This document shows, piece after piece, positions 49,826-58,479 of a stretch of DNA of 64,000 nt. The notes under the pieces are model-generated. The model was not told the origin of the DNA. It saw only the letters and a list, made by a program, of their open reading frames with translations, and searched no databases. Numbering within the stretch: the first letter of the stretch is position 1; every line of letters begins with the position of its first letter. Source of the stretch: a bacterium (GTDB lineage: Bacteria > Myxococcota_A > UBA9042); contig JAUIAC010000002.1 in the NCBI GenBank assembly GCA_030425545.1, forward strand, positions 2,778-66,777, read 5' to 3'. The translations under genes and the position numbers were made by a program.

Positions 49826-51265
49826 TCAGGGCGCACAGGGTCCGTCAGCTGCTTTGCCGACGTTGGCCTGCTTGCGCAGGCAGTCGTTGGCGTAGGTCTT
49901 CTTGTCGCAACCGCACACCTGCGCGGCCGGGGTGGTCTTCGGACACGGCAGCTTGGGTCCGGGCACGCAGGTCCCCAGCACGTCGACGCCGCACTGATCG
50001 GGCTCGCAGAACTCGCCCGCGCCGCAGGTCAGCCCTTGCTTGCCGCCGCACTGCTTGACCTTCGGGCACTCGCCCTTGGATTGGATGTTGCGCCCCTCGG
50101 ACTGGGCCGTGCACGTGTTGCTGTAGGTCTTGCCGTTGCACCCGCACACCGGGGAGTAGATGCCGATGCACGTGCCTGGCTTGGCCGCGCACGTGCCCGT
50201 GCCCGTGCACACGCCGCCCGGCAGCTGGCAGTAGGAGCCGGCGGCGCAGGTGTCCTGGCCCGCGACGCACGACGAGCCCTGGGCCGGCGCGCACTTGCCC
50301 TTGTCCTTGAGCGAGCGACCGGCGCTCTGCAGCAGACACAGGTTGTCGTAGGTCTTGCCGTCGCAGCCGCACACCGGATCGTAGAGCTTGTTGCACGCGC
50401 CGGGCTTCTTGTTGCACGCGCCGAACTCCGCGCAGGTGCCAAAGGGCGCCTCGCAGAAGGTCCCCGCAGGGCACTGGCCCTTGCCCATGGTGCACTGGCT
50501 GATCTTGCAGGCGCCCTGGCTCGCGACGTTGACCCCCGCGATCTTGGCTGAGCAGGCGTTGCTGTAGGTCTTGCCGTCGCAGCCGCACACGGGCTTGTCG
50601 ATCTGCTTGCACAGCTGGCTGGTGCTCTCGCAGGTGCCCGACAGGCCCTTGCCGCAGCCCGCCGCCATGCAGAAGGCGCCCTTGCCGCACTGGGACGCGC
50701 CGGTGGTGCACGCGTTGGGGTTGGCGACATCGGCCGCGCCGCTGCTGTCGCCCCCACCGCTTGAGCTCCCGTCGCCTGAACCGCCGTCCCCTGACGTGCC
50801 GTCCATCGCTCCCGCGTCGGCCGAACCGGTGTCCGTCGTCACCGCGTCATCGTCGCCCGCCGCGCCTCCGTCGCCCGCCGCGCCTGCGTCGGTCGCCGCC
50901 CCGTCTGGCGCGCCTCCGTCGGCGGTGGTCGCGGCGTCCGTCGGGCTCGCGTCGCCGGCGAGCACGTCGGTCGTGGCCCCGTCCGCCCCAGACGTGTCGG
51001 TCTGCGCGTCGCTGGACGCGCCGCTGTCTCCCGTCCCAGGCGACTCCGTGTTCGTCGTCCCACACCCGGTGACCGCCAAGGCCGACAGCAGGGCGCAGAG
51101 CCGTGCGCCGCGTGTCAGTACGCCGCGTGTCAGTACGCCGCGTGTCAGTACGCCGCGTGTCAGTACGCCGCGTGTCAGTGCGCCGCGCGCCAATACGCCG
51201 CGCGCCAGGGCGCCGCGCGTCGCCCGAGTCGTCCGCTCGTCCTGATCGATGTGCGTCTTGTTCAC
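49826..51265 (-). CDS. Lipoprotein with four Kazal-type serine-protease-inhibitor domains.
   Basis: Four copies of PVCGCDGKTY(S/D)N(A/L)C. Lipobox LCALLSALAVTGCG. A low-complexity Gly/Asp/Ser/Thr linker. GTG start at 51265 with AAGGAG 6 nt upstream; the ORF extends to 51406. Confidence 0.8.
   Translation of the reverse strand: MNKTHIDQDERTTRATRGALARGVLARGALTRGVLTRGVLTRGVLTRGVLTRGARLCALLSALAVTGCGTTNTESPGTGDSGASSDAQTDTSGADGATTDVLAGDASPTDAATTADGGAPDGAATDAGAAGDGGAAGDDDAVTTDTGSADAGAMDGTSGDGGSGDGSSSGGGDSSGAADVANPNACTTGASQCGKGAFCMAAGCGKGLSGTCESTSQLCKQIDKPVCGCDGKTYSNACSAKIAGVNVASQGACKISQCTMGKGQCPAGTFCEAPFGTCAEFGACNKKPGACNKLYDPVCGCDGKTYDNLCLLQSAGRSLKDKGKCAPAQGSSCVAGQDTCAAGSYCQLPGGVCTGTGTCAAKPGTCIGIYSPVCGCNGKTYSNTCTAQSEGRNIQSKGECPKVKQCGGKQGLTCGAGEFCEPDQCGVDVLGTCVPGPKLPCPKTTPAAQVCGCDKKTYANDCLRKQANVGKAADGPCAP
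51106..51225 (-). repeat. In-frame 15 bp tandem repeat, five perfect and about three degenerate copies (cgccgcgtgtcagta), encoding (TRGVL)n in the signal-peptide n-region of the Kazal lipoprotein.
   Basis: Read from the sequence. Protein sequence is TRGALARGVLARGALTRGVLTRGVLTRGVLTRGVLTRG. Confidence 0.8.
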
Positions 51266-51509
51266 GGTGTGCTCCTTCTGCCCGGCCCGAAGTATAGGGA
51301 CGCCTGCCCCCGGAGCCAGCCCACGGGCCAGCCCAGCCGACGCCGCGGACGCTCGAGACCCCGGCGCCCCGCGGTCGACCGCGGGGCGCTGCGACCCTGG
51401 CCGCACGGCAGCCCCTGCGACGCCCAGCGCGCGCCCGCCTTCACATCAGAAAATCAGACGCAGGCCGCGGGTCTGCTAGGCTTCGGCTCGCCCCGCCCTG
51501 GGAGGGCTC

Positions 51510-52757
51510 ATGGCTCGTTCAAAAGTGGTCTCTCGCATCGCCCACGAGTCGTGTGTGCTCGCGCCGCGCGTCGAGACGCCGCGCCGGTGGTGGAACTCGC
51601 TCGAGGCCAACTTCGCCTACCGCCCCGAGGGCTTTGACCTCGGCGTCCGCGACTCGCTGCTGGTGCGCGCGACGGCGGCGCTCGACGTGGGCATTCGGAC
51701 CTTCGCGGCGTCCGCGGTCGGCGCGCTGGCGGTGCCGGTGGGCTACGGCCCTCGGGGCGTCCGCGAGCTCCTGCGCGACCGCGGCTACTACGAGCAGCTC
51801 GCCGACGACGGGGACGCGAGCGCCTTCTTCCGCGCGCCCTCCCGTCGCGTGGCGATCACGTCCAAGCCAGCCCTCGCGCCCCTCTTCAAGCCGAAGGACG
51901 GGGTCTGTGTCGACCTCACCTTCGAGAGCCCCTTTCGCCCCGGGAACCCAAACCTGCGCGCCGACTACCTCTCCCACGTGGGCAACCGCACCGCCCACGC
52001 CCGGCTCTGGCGCCACTCCGACGGACCGCGCCCGACCCTCGTGGCCATCCACGGCTTCGGCGCGGAGCAGAGCTGGATCAACGAGTGGATGCTCGCCCTG
52101 CCCCACTTCTACCGCCTCGGCCTCGACGTGATGCTGATGACCCTGCCTTTTCACGGCCCGCGGCGGACGCGGCTCTCGCCCTTCTCCGGGCACGGCTTCT
52201 TCGCCGGCGGCGCGCTGCGCACCAACGAGGCCTTCGCCCAGGGCGTGCATGACTTTCGCGTCTTCCTCAACCACCTGCTGGACGACTGTGGCGTCACCGA
52301 TGTCGGCGTCACCGGCATCAGCCTGGGCGGCTGTACGACCGCGCTCATCGCGAGCGTGGAGCCCCGCATTCGATTCGCCATCCCCAACGTGCCGGTCGTG
52401 AGCCTGGCGGATCTGATGCTGGAGTGGCGCCCCCTCTCCGGCTACGTGCGCGCGCTCATGGCGGCCACCGGCATGAACGTGAAGCACCTGCGCCACGTGC
52501 TCGCCCCCTGCAGTCCCCTGACCTGGCCCGCGCAGCTCCCGCGAGAGCGGCTGATGATCGTCGCCGGCGTCGGGGATCGCGTCGCACCCCCGAAGCACTC
52601 GCGCATCCTGTGGGAGCACTGGGACCGCTGCCGCCTGCACTGGTTCCCCGGCAGCCACATCCTCCACCTCGACAAGGGGGAGTACCTGGTCGAGATGGCG
52701 CGCTTCATGCGGGACCTGGACTTCCTGCCTGGGCCGCGCGTGCAGCGTGCCGCGTGA
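51510..52757 (+). CDS. Alpha/beta-hydrolase fold protein.
   Basis: Nucleophile elbow GISLGG (G-x-S-x-G). Motif HGFGAEQS. Confidence 0.78.
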   Translation: MARSKVVSRIAHESCVLAPRVETPRRWWNSLEANFAYRPEGFDLGVRDSLLVRATAALDVGIRTFAASAVGALAVPVGYGPRGVRELLRDRGYYEQLADDGDASAFFRAPSRRVAITSKPALAPLFKPKDGVCVDLTFESPFRPGNPNLRADYLSHVGNRTAHARLWRHSDGPRPTLVAIHGFGAEQSWINEWMLALPHFYRLGLDVMLMTLPFHGPRRTRLSPFSGHGFFAGGALRTNEAFAQGVHDFRVFLNHLLDDCGVTDVGVTGISLGGCTTALIASVEPRIRFAIPNVPVVSLADLMLEWRPLSGYVRALMAATGMNVKHLRHVLAPCSPLTWPAQLPRERLMIVAGVGDRVAPPKHSRILWEHWDRCRLHWFPGSHILHLDKGEYLVEMARFMRDLDFLPGPRVQRAA

Positions 52758-54451
52758 AGCGAGGGTCCTCGGCTGTTCCGCTGCTCGTCACCGCCGCGCT
52801 GGCCGCGGCCGCAGCCGTGACATGGGCCCTGTGGCCGACCGACGCGCCCCCACCGCCGCCCACAGAGGAGGCCGAAGACACCCGGCCCGTGTCGCTGCAG
52901 CAGGAGCGCCCGCCCAGCCCCCCCACCGACGCCGCGCCGGTGCCCGCCGGCAAGCGTGTGCGCGTCACCCTCTCCGAGCCGCCGGCGCCCTGGTTCCTCC
53001 GCGGCCAGACCACGGGCAACGAGCGCTACTACCGCCGGCTGGTGGCCGAGATCGCGGGACGGGACGCCTTCGTCAGCGCCGACCTGGGACGGGCGGCGCG
53101 CGAGTTCGTGTTCCAGTACACCGAGCTCGGGCGGGAGCCGCCGACCGATGTCCGCGACTTTCTGATCCGGGCGTCCGGCGCCGTGGCGGGGGACACCGCC
53201 TTTCAACACGTGCGCACCTCGTCGGACACCACCAAGGCGCTCCGCACCGCCATCAGCGCGCTGCTCAAGGACCCGCCGGACGGAGACGGACGGCTGGTGG
53301 TGGGGGTGGGCGAGGTGTTCACGCCGGCTCGCAAGACGAAGCGGCACATCGGCGTCGTCGCCACGCACCTGCCGGCCCTTCTCGAGCCGCTCCCACGCCG
53401 CGTCGAGCCGGGGGACAGCTGGCGTCTGCGGGGGCGGCTGTTGGCCGAGTTTCGTGGGCTCAAGGCGCTGGTGACCCTGCCCGACGGCAGCAATCAGACG
53501 CTGGAGGTGAGCCGACAGGGGCGACGCTTCGACGTGCGTGTGCCGGTGGGGAACACCGTGGGCCGGCTGGCGGTCCAGCTGGTGGGCGAGGGCCCCCGCG
53601 GGCCCGGCAAGCTGCTGCAGGTGGAGGCCGAGGTGGGCCGTCCCCTGCCGACCTCCTACGTGGCGCGGCTGCCGCCTAGCGAGGACGCGATCACCAACGC
53701 GACCCAGGCGGCGAAGCTGGGGTTCCGCCTGCTGAACGAGGATCGCGCCCGACATGGCCTGCCCGCGCTGACCTGGGACACCAAGCTCGCGGAGGTCGCC
53801 GAGGATCACAGCCGCGACATGCGCGACAACCACTTCTTCAGCCACCGCTCGCCCTCCACCGGCATGCACCCGGCGCGGCTCGCCCGCGCGGGCTATCGCG
53901 CCACGACGTCGGCGGAGAACCTGGCGCTGAACGTGTCGATCCACGAAGCCGAGTCCGGGCTGATGCACAGCCTGGGGCACCGCCGCAACATCCTGCACAA
54001 GCGCGTGACCCATGTGGGGGTCGGGGTGGTCGGAGAGGAACGCGAGGGCGGGCAGAAGCGCTGGTGGCTGACCCAGCTCTTCGCGCGGCCGGTGGAAGAC
54101 CTGGACACGGCCGCCGCCGCCGGCCGGGTGCTCGACGCCATCACCCAGGCCCGGGCCGGGGCTGGGCGTCCCGCGCTGACCCAGGACTCCGGGCTCAACG
54201 ACGTCGCAGCCGAGGCAGCTGCCTCCGCGGTGGACGGTGATCTCAACGGCGTCACTGGGCGCGCGCTGCGCACCGCGCGGGAGCGAGGCCTGCTCAAGGG
54301 TCGGCTGCGGGCCTGGGCTGCGACCACCCCGGACCTCGACCAGCTCGAGCTCCCGGCCATGGTCCGCGGTCAGCGCGCCCGGCGTGTCGGCGTCGGCGTG
54401 ACCCAGGCCGAGAGCGGGCTGATCGCGCTGGTGCTGCTGGTGGGGCAATAG
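52754..54451 (+). CDS. Membrane-anchored protein with a C-terminal CAP/SCP/PR-1 domain.
   Basis: Sequence HSRDMRDNHFFSHRSP...GENLA...GHRRNILHKRVTHVGVGV matches the CAP domain. N-terminal signal anchor AVPLLVTAALAAAAAVTWALW. GTG start overlaps the hydrolase stop as GTGA. Confidence 0.72.
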   Translation: MKRGSSAVPLLVTAALAAAAAVTWALWPTDAPPPPPTEEAEDTRPVSLQQERPPSPPTDAAPVPAGKRVRVTLSEPPAPWFLRGQTTGNERYYRRLVAEIAGRDAFVSADLGRAAREFVFQYTELGREPPTDVRDFLIRASGAVAGDTAFQHVRTSSDTTKALRTAISALLKDPPDGDGRLVVGVGEVFTPARKTKRHIGVVATHLPALLEPLPRRVEPGDSWRLRGRLLAEFRGLKALVTLPDGSNQTLEVSRQGRRFDVRVPVGNTVGRLAVQLVGEGPRGPGKLLQVEAEVGRPLPTSYVARLPPSEDAITNATQAAKLGFRLLNEDRARHGLPALTWDTKLAEVAEDHSRDMRDNHFFSHRSPSTGMHPARLARAGYRATTSAENLALNVSIHEAESGLMHSLGHRRNILHKRVTHVGVGVVGEEREGGQKRWWLTQLFARPVEDLDTAAAAGRVLDAITQARAGAGRPALTQDSGLNDVAAEAAASAVDGDLNGVTGRALRTARERGLLKGRLRAWAATTPDLDQLELPAMVRGQRARRVGVGVTQAESGLIALVLLVGQ

Positions 54452-54648
54452 CGCGGTCGCGTTGACACGCCGCGACGGCACACAGAAGGTCATGGCACAC
54501 GCCGTCGCGAGCCGCGCTGCCGCACGCCGGACCGGGTGGCCGGCGTGAATCCCGTGCGCGGCTGACCCGTTGGCCGCTGGACCCCGCGTTGACCCCGCCC
54601 GCTCGCGCTCCGGCCGACGCGCGGCGACCGCACCCTTGGAGAGCTCCC

Positions 54649-55332
54649 ATGCCCACGCGCTGCCTCGCCTCTCGCTGGCTCCACGCCCTGCCGCTCGCCG
54701 GCGTCGTCGCCGTGCTCACGGTCACGCTGCCCGCACCGGGGGCCCGCGCCCATCCCGCGCAGCCTGGCGCCAAGGCACCCAAGGCGAAGCCGCCCGCACC
54801 CAAGAAGGTGGATCGCGACAAGGCCCGGCTCGACAAGGGCGAGATCATCGTGCGCACCCGCAAGGTCAAGGGCAGCGACATGCCGGCGGCCCATGTCCGC
54901 GCGGTGATCCACGCTCCGCCTGCCAAGATCTGGTCGATCCTCGCGTTCTGCGACCGCTACACCAAGACCATGCAGCGGGTGAAGGAGAGCAAGGAGCTGA
55001 GCCGCAAGGGCAACGTCGTGTTGTGCAAGGTGGTGGTCGACATGCCCTGGCCGGTGAGCGACCTCAGCGCGGTGACACGGGCGGTCCACACGGTTCGCAA
55101 GGGAACGTACTACCAGCGCAAGTGGTCCCTTGTGAAGGGGGACTACAAACGCAACCGGGGCTCGTGGACGCTGACGCCCTACGACGACGCCGGCAAGCAG
55201 ACCCTGGTGGTCTACAGGGCGCACGCCGAGCCCAACATCTCGGTGCCGACCTGGATTCAGAAGGCCGCCGCCAAGAGCACCTTCCCCAAGCTGATCAGGC
55301 ACCTGCGCAAGCAGGTCGGCGACCCGCGCTAG
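54649..55332 (+). CDS. Secreted SRPBCC (Bet v1/polyketide-cyclase-like) domain protein.
   Basis: Signal peptide MPTRCLASRWLHALPLAGVVAVLTVTLPAPGARA. The mature part has an SRPBCC-like topology (W..L...D...W). Confidence 0.55.
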   Translation: MPTRCLASRWLHALPLAGVVAVLTVTLPAPGARAHPAQPGAKAPKAKPPAPKKVDRDKARLDKGEIIVRTRKVKGSDMPAAHVRAVIHAPPAKIWSILAFCDRYTKTMQRVKESKELSRKGNVVLCKVVVDMPWPVSDLSAVTRAVHTVRKGTYYQRKWSLVKGDYKRNRGSWTLTPYDDAGKQTLVVYRAHAEPNISVPTWIQKAAAKSTFPKLIRHLRKQVGDPR

Positions 55333-55493
55333 CGAGCTGGGGCGAAGGCGAGCGTCCCCCGCCCATTGGGTGAGTGACCCAGCCTCCCCTGCACGGTCGC
55401 CGGCTGCAGGCAGGCCGCCCGGCTGGGCTGCGCGGGGTCGGTTTGCCACGGGGACACGGTCCGTGGCATCCACGATGCGCACTGGAGGCTCGC

Positions 55494-56648
55494 GTGCGTG
55501 TCCACACCGCCCTGTCTGAGCTCAGCGACACCCGCGCGGCCCTGGCCGAGGCGAGCGCCGCGCTGCGTGAGGGGCTGGAGGGCGAACCCGACGTCGCGTT
55601 GGTGTTTCTGACCCCGCACCACGCCGGCTCCTGGTCCCGCACCCCGGCGATGCTGACCGAGCTCCTGCCCCACACGGCCTGTGTCGGCACCAGCGCGGCC
55701 GGGGTCGTGGGCGAGGGCCATGAGGCCGAGCAGCGGTGCGCCCTCTCGATGATGGGCCTGCGCCTGGACGGGCTGCGTTGCCAGGCCACGCACCTCGATC
55801 CCAGCGCGCTCCCTGCCACCGACACGGACTGGAGCGACCTGTTGGGCGCCGACCGGCCGACGCTCGCGCTGGTGCTGGGCGACCCGCTCTCGGCTGACCT
55901 GACCGGCGTGCTGCCGGCGTTGGACAAGCTCTGGCCGGGTACGCCGGTCGTGGGCGGCCTCGCCAGTGGCGGCAATGTACCGGGGGCCCACGCGCTCTTC
56001 GCGGGCGGTCGCTGCCACCGCATCGGCACGGTGGTGGTTGCGCTCTACGGCGCCTTTGAGGTGCGCACGGTCGTCGCCCAGGGCTGCCGCCCCATCGGCG
56101 AGCCGATGCTCGTGACCAAGTGCGACAAGCGGGTGATCCGAGAGCTGGGTGGCACGCCGCCGGTGGAGGTCCTACGGGAGCTCTACGCGAGCTTGGACGC
56201 CCGCGATCAGGCCCTGTTTCGGCACTCGCTCTTCGCTGGCGTGGAGATGCGCGGCGACCAGGTCGAGTACAAGCAGGGCGACTTCCTGGTCCGCCAGATC
56301 ACCGGCATGGACCCGGACGACGGCGCCATCGCCATCGCGGCGGAGGTTCGGCCGTGGCAGGTGGTGCAGTTTCAGCTCCGCGACGCCCGGACCTCCGCTG
56401 AGGACCTGAAGACGCGGCTCGCGCCCCACAGCGGCGCCGACGTGCGCGGCGTGCTCATGTGCAGCTGCGTCGGGCGGGGGCTGCACCTCTACGAGCGCCC
56501 GGACCATGACACCGACCTCGTCGCCGGCGCGCTGGGCGACGTCGCCGTCGGTGGCTTCTTCGGCAACGGCGAGATCGGCCCGGTGGGCGACGCGACCTTC
56601 ATGCACGGCTACACCACCGTGCTCGCCCTGCTCTGCCCGGCTACCTGA
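55494..56648 (+). CDS. FIST-domain signalling protein (FIST N plus FIST C).
   Basis: The C-terminal GGFFGNGEIGPVGDATFMHGYTTVLALL matches the FIST C signature. GTG start at 55494; the ORF could start at ATG 55374. Confidence 0.72.
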   Translation: MRVHTALSELSDTRAALAEASAALREGLEGEPDVALVFLTPHHAGSWSRTPAMLTELLPHTACVGTSAAGVVGEGHEAEQRCALSMMGLRLDGLRCQATHLDPSALPATDTDWSDLLGADRPTLALVLGDPLSADLTGVLPALDKLWPGTPVVGGLASGGNVPGAHALFAGGRCHRIGTVVVALYGAFEVRTVVAQGCRPIGEPMLVTKCDKRVIRELGGTPPVEVLRELYASLDARDQALFRHSLFAGVEMRGDQVEYKQGDFLVRQITGMDPDDGAIAIAAEVRPWQVVQFQLRDARTSAEDLKTRLAPHSGADVRGVLMCSCVGRGLHLYERPDHDTDLVAGALGDVAVGGFFGNGEIGPVGDATFMHGYTTVLALLCPAT

Positions 56649-56705
56649 GCGGGCGACGCGGGCGCGCGTCCCACGTGAGCGGGCCGTCCGCTCGCTGGCC
56701 GTCGG

Positions 56706-58325
56706 TCAAGCGGTCGTCGCTGCCGCGCCGCGCTTCGACTGCGCGGCCCGCGCCTGGGCGATGTGCTGGACAAGCCCGAAGAGCCAGGCGGCGTGACCCG
56801 CCATGTGCTGCAGGCTGGTGAGCTCCTTCTCGCTCTCCGGCGCGAAGTAGCCCGTCCCCAGGTTGGCCACGGGGACCCCCGCGTCGAGGAAGGGGTCGAC
56901 CCCGGTCCCGCCGCGAATCGGGAGCTCTTGGGCCCTGACACCCTGGCCAGCGGCGGCCTCGGTAGGCCAGCGCACGAGCTCGGGACGGTCCGCGAGGCGC
57001 GGCGCCATGTTCACGTACTGACGCGTGACCGTGACCTGCGCGCCCGCGGGAGCCTGCGCCCGCACGTGGGCGACGCGCGCGTCGAGGCCAGCCGTGTCGA
57101 AGTCGCGCAGACGCACGTCCACCGCCACGGCGCCCTGGGTCTCCAGCGGCAGCAGACGGTAGGGCTGCGAGTAGCCCTCGCGGCCCTCAGAGGCCTCCGC
57201 AGCGACGGGGTACACGCCCTCGGAGATGAGGAATCGACCGATGAACGCCAGCGCGTCGGCGGTGGCTCCAGCAGAGGTGACGTCGACCGGCGCGTCCACC
57301 GACGAGATCCGCAGCGACGCCCCCCTCGGGCGGTGCGGGCCGACCACCTGCTCGGCGGCCGCGCGGACGTCGGCCAACAGCCCGGAGTCGGCCAGCGCCA
57401 GGGTCAGCACGCCGTCACAGTCGCGCAGGTCGTCGGACACAAAGGCCACCGGGACCACCTGGAGCGCGTCCACCTTGGCCAGCAGCTCCGCCGCCAGGCG
57501 CGTCGCCGGGCGGTGCCCCTCGGCCTTGGCGGTGCAGCCGTGGGTGTTGACCCCGCCGATGGCGAGCGACACGAAGTGGGCGTCGGGTACGTCGACCCCA
57601 CGGGGCGCGAAGGTCACCCGCGCGCCGGCCGCGTTGAAGTTCTCGACGTTGACCTCGTAGGGCAAGATGCCGTCGACCGTGTAGCCAAAGTCGACCCCGC
57701 GCTCCGCGAGCGTCACCGCAAGCCCCTCCACGGCGGCCATGCGGCCCACCTCTTCGTCGGGGCGGCCGATGAGCACCAGCGGTGGGTGGTCCACCTCGGG
57801 TCCCTCGCTGAGCAGCGTTGCGAGCGACATCAGGTGCGTCAGCCCCAGCTTGTCGTCGAGCCCGAAGGGCGCGTCGCCCGGCCCGTGCACAACGTCGTGG
57901 CCCACGAAGTCGACCAGCGTGGGGTAGTTGGCCACGGAGACCTGCAGCCCCGGGTTGCTGGCATAGGACAGCGCCGTGCCGTCCCAGCCGCGCACCACCT
58001 CGAGCGCGCTGGTGGCGTGCGTCCCACGCGCCGTGTCGAGGTGCACCATGAAGGCCACCGGCGCCTGCCCCACGCCGACGCCGCGGCCCGGAAAGGTCGC
58101 GATGACGTTGGCGAAGTCGTCGAGCTCGACCTCGGCGCCGTAGGTGCGAAAGAAGCGCCCGACGAGCTTGGCGAGCGCCGCCTGCCCGGGTGTGCTGGGG
58201 ATGGATTCGGAGCGCTCGTCGCTGGCGCTGTCGACCGCCACGATGGTGCGCAGATAGCCGAGCGCGCGGTCACCAAGGGCGCGCATGTCGAGGTGCGGCG
58301 GGGCGATGGTGCGTGTCGACGTCAT
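56706..58325 (-). CDS. M20-family metallopeptidase, peptidase T (tripeptide aminopeptidase)-like.
   Basis: IPSTPGQ, HLDT, GLDDKLG, RPDEEVG, YTVDG, ENFNAAG and IRGGTG align one by one with PepT motifs VPSTEGQ, HVDT, GADDKAG, TPDEEVG, YTVDGG, ENFNAA and IRGGTDG. ORF trimmed to ATG 58325. Confidence 0.82.
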   Translation of the reverse strand: MTSTRTIAPPHLDMRALGDRALGYLRTIVAVDSASDERSESIPSTPGQAALAKLVGRFFRTYGAEVELDDFANVIATFPGRGVGVGQAPVAFMVHLDTARGTHATSALEVVRGWDGTALSYASNPGLQVSVANYPTLVDFVGHDVVHGPGDAPFGLDDKLGLTHLMSLATLLSEGPEVDHPPLVLIGRPDEEVGRMAAVEGLAVTLAERGVDFGYTVDGILPYEVNVENFNAAGARVTFAPRGVDVPDAHFVSLAIGGVNTHGCTAKAEGHRPATRLAAELLAKVDALQVVPVAFVSDDLRDCDGVLTLALADSGLLADVRAAAEQVVGPHRPRGASLRISSVDAPVDVTSAGATADALAFIGRFLISEGVYPVAAEASEGREGYSQPYRLLPLETQGAVAVDVRLRDFDTAGLDARVAHVRAQAPAGAQVTVTRQYVNMAPRLADRPELVRWPTEAAAGQGVRAQELPIRGGTGVDPFLDAGVPVANLGTGYFAPESEKELTSLQHMAGHAAWLFGLVQHIAQARAAQSKRGAAATTA

Positions 58326-58398
58326 GGGGACCTCCAGGCCTTTGCGGGCGCGGAGGGTGACGGCGCGACGGTGACGGCGCAAGTTGAGGATTTGTGAG

Positions 58399-58479
58399 CG
58401 GGCCGCTGCGTGGGCGCGGACGGGGGCTCAGGCGAAGCTGTAGGCCGGCTCGGCGCCGGGCTGCCACTTGATGTTGCAG
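58399..58479. repeat. Left copy of an ~80 bp direct repeat (one mismatch/indel) that duplicates the 3' end of the thioredoxin-like gene at 60202..60281.
   Basis: Read from the sequence: ...gcgtgggcgcggacgggggctcaggcgaagctgtaggccggctcggcgccgggctgccacttgatgttgcag appears at both sites. Identity ends 2 nt before the ATPase stop codon. Confidence 0.8.
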
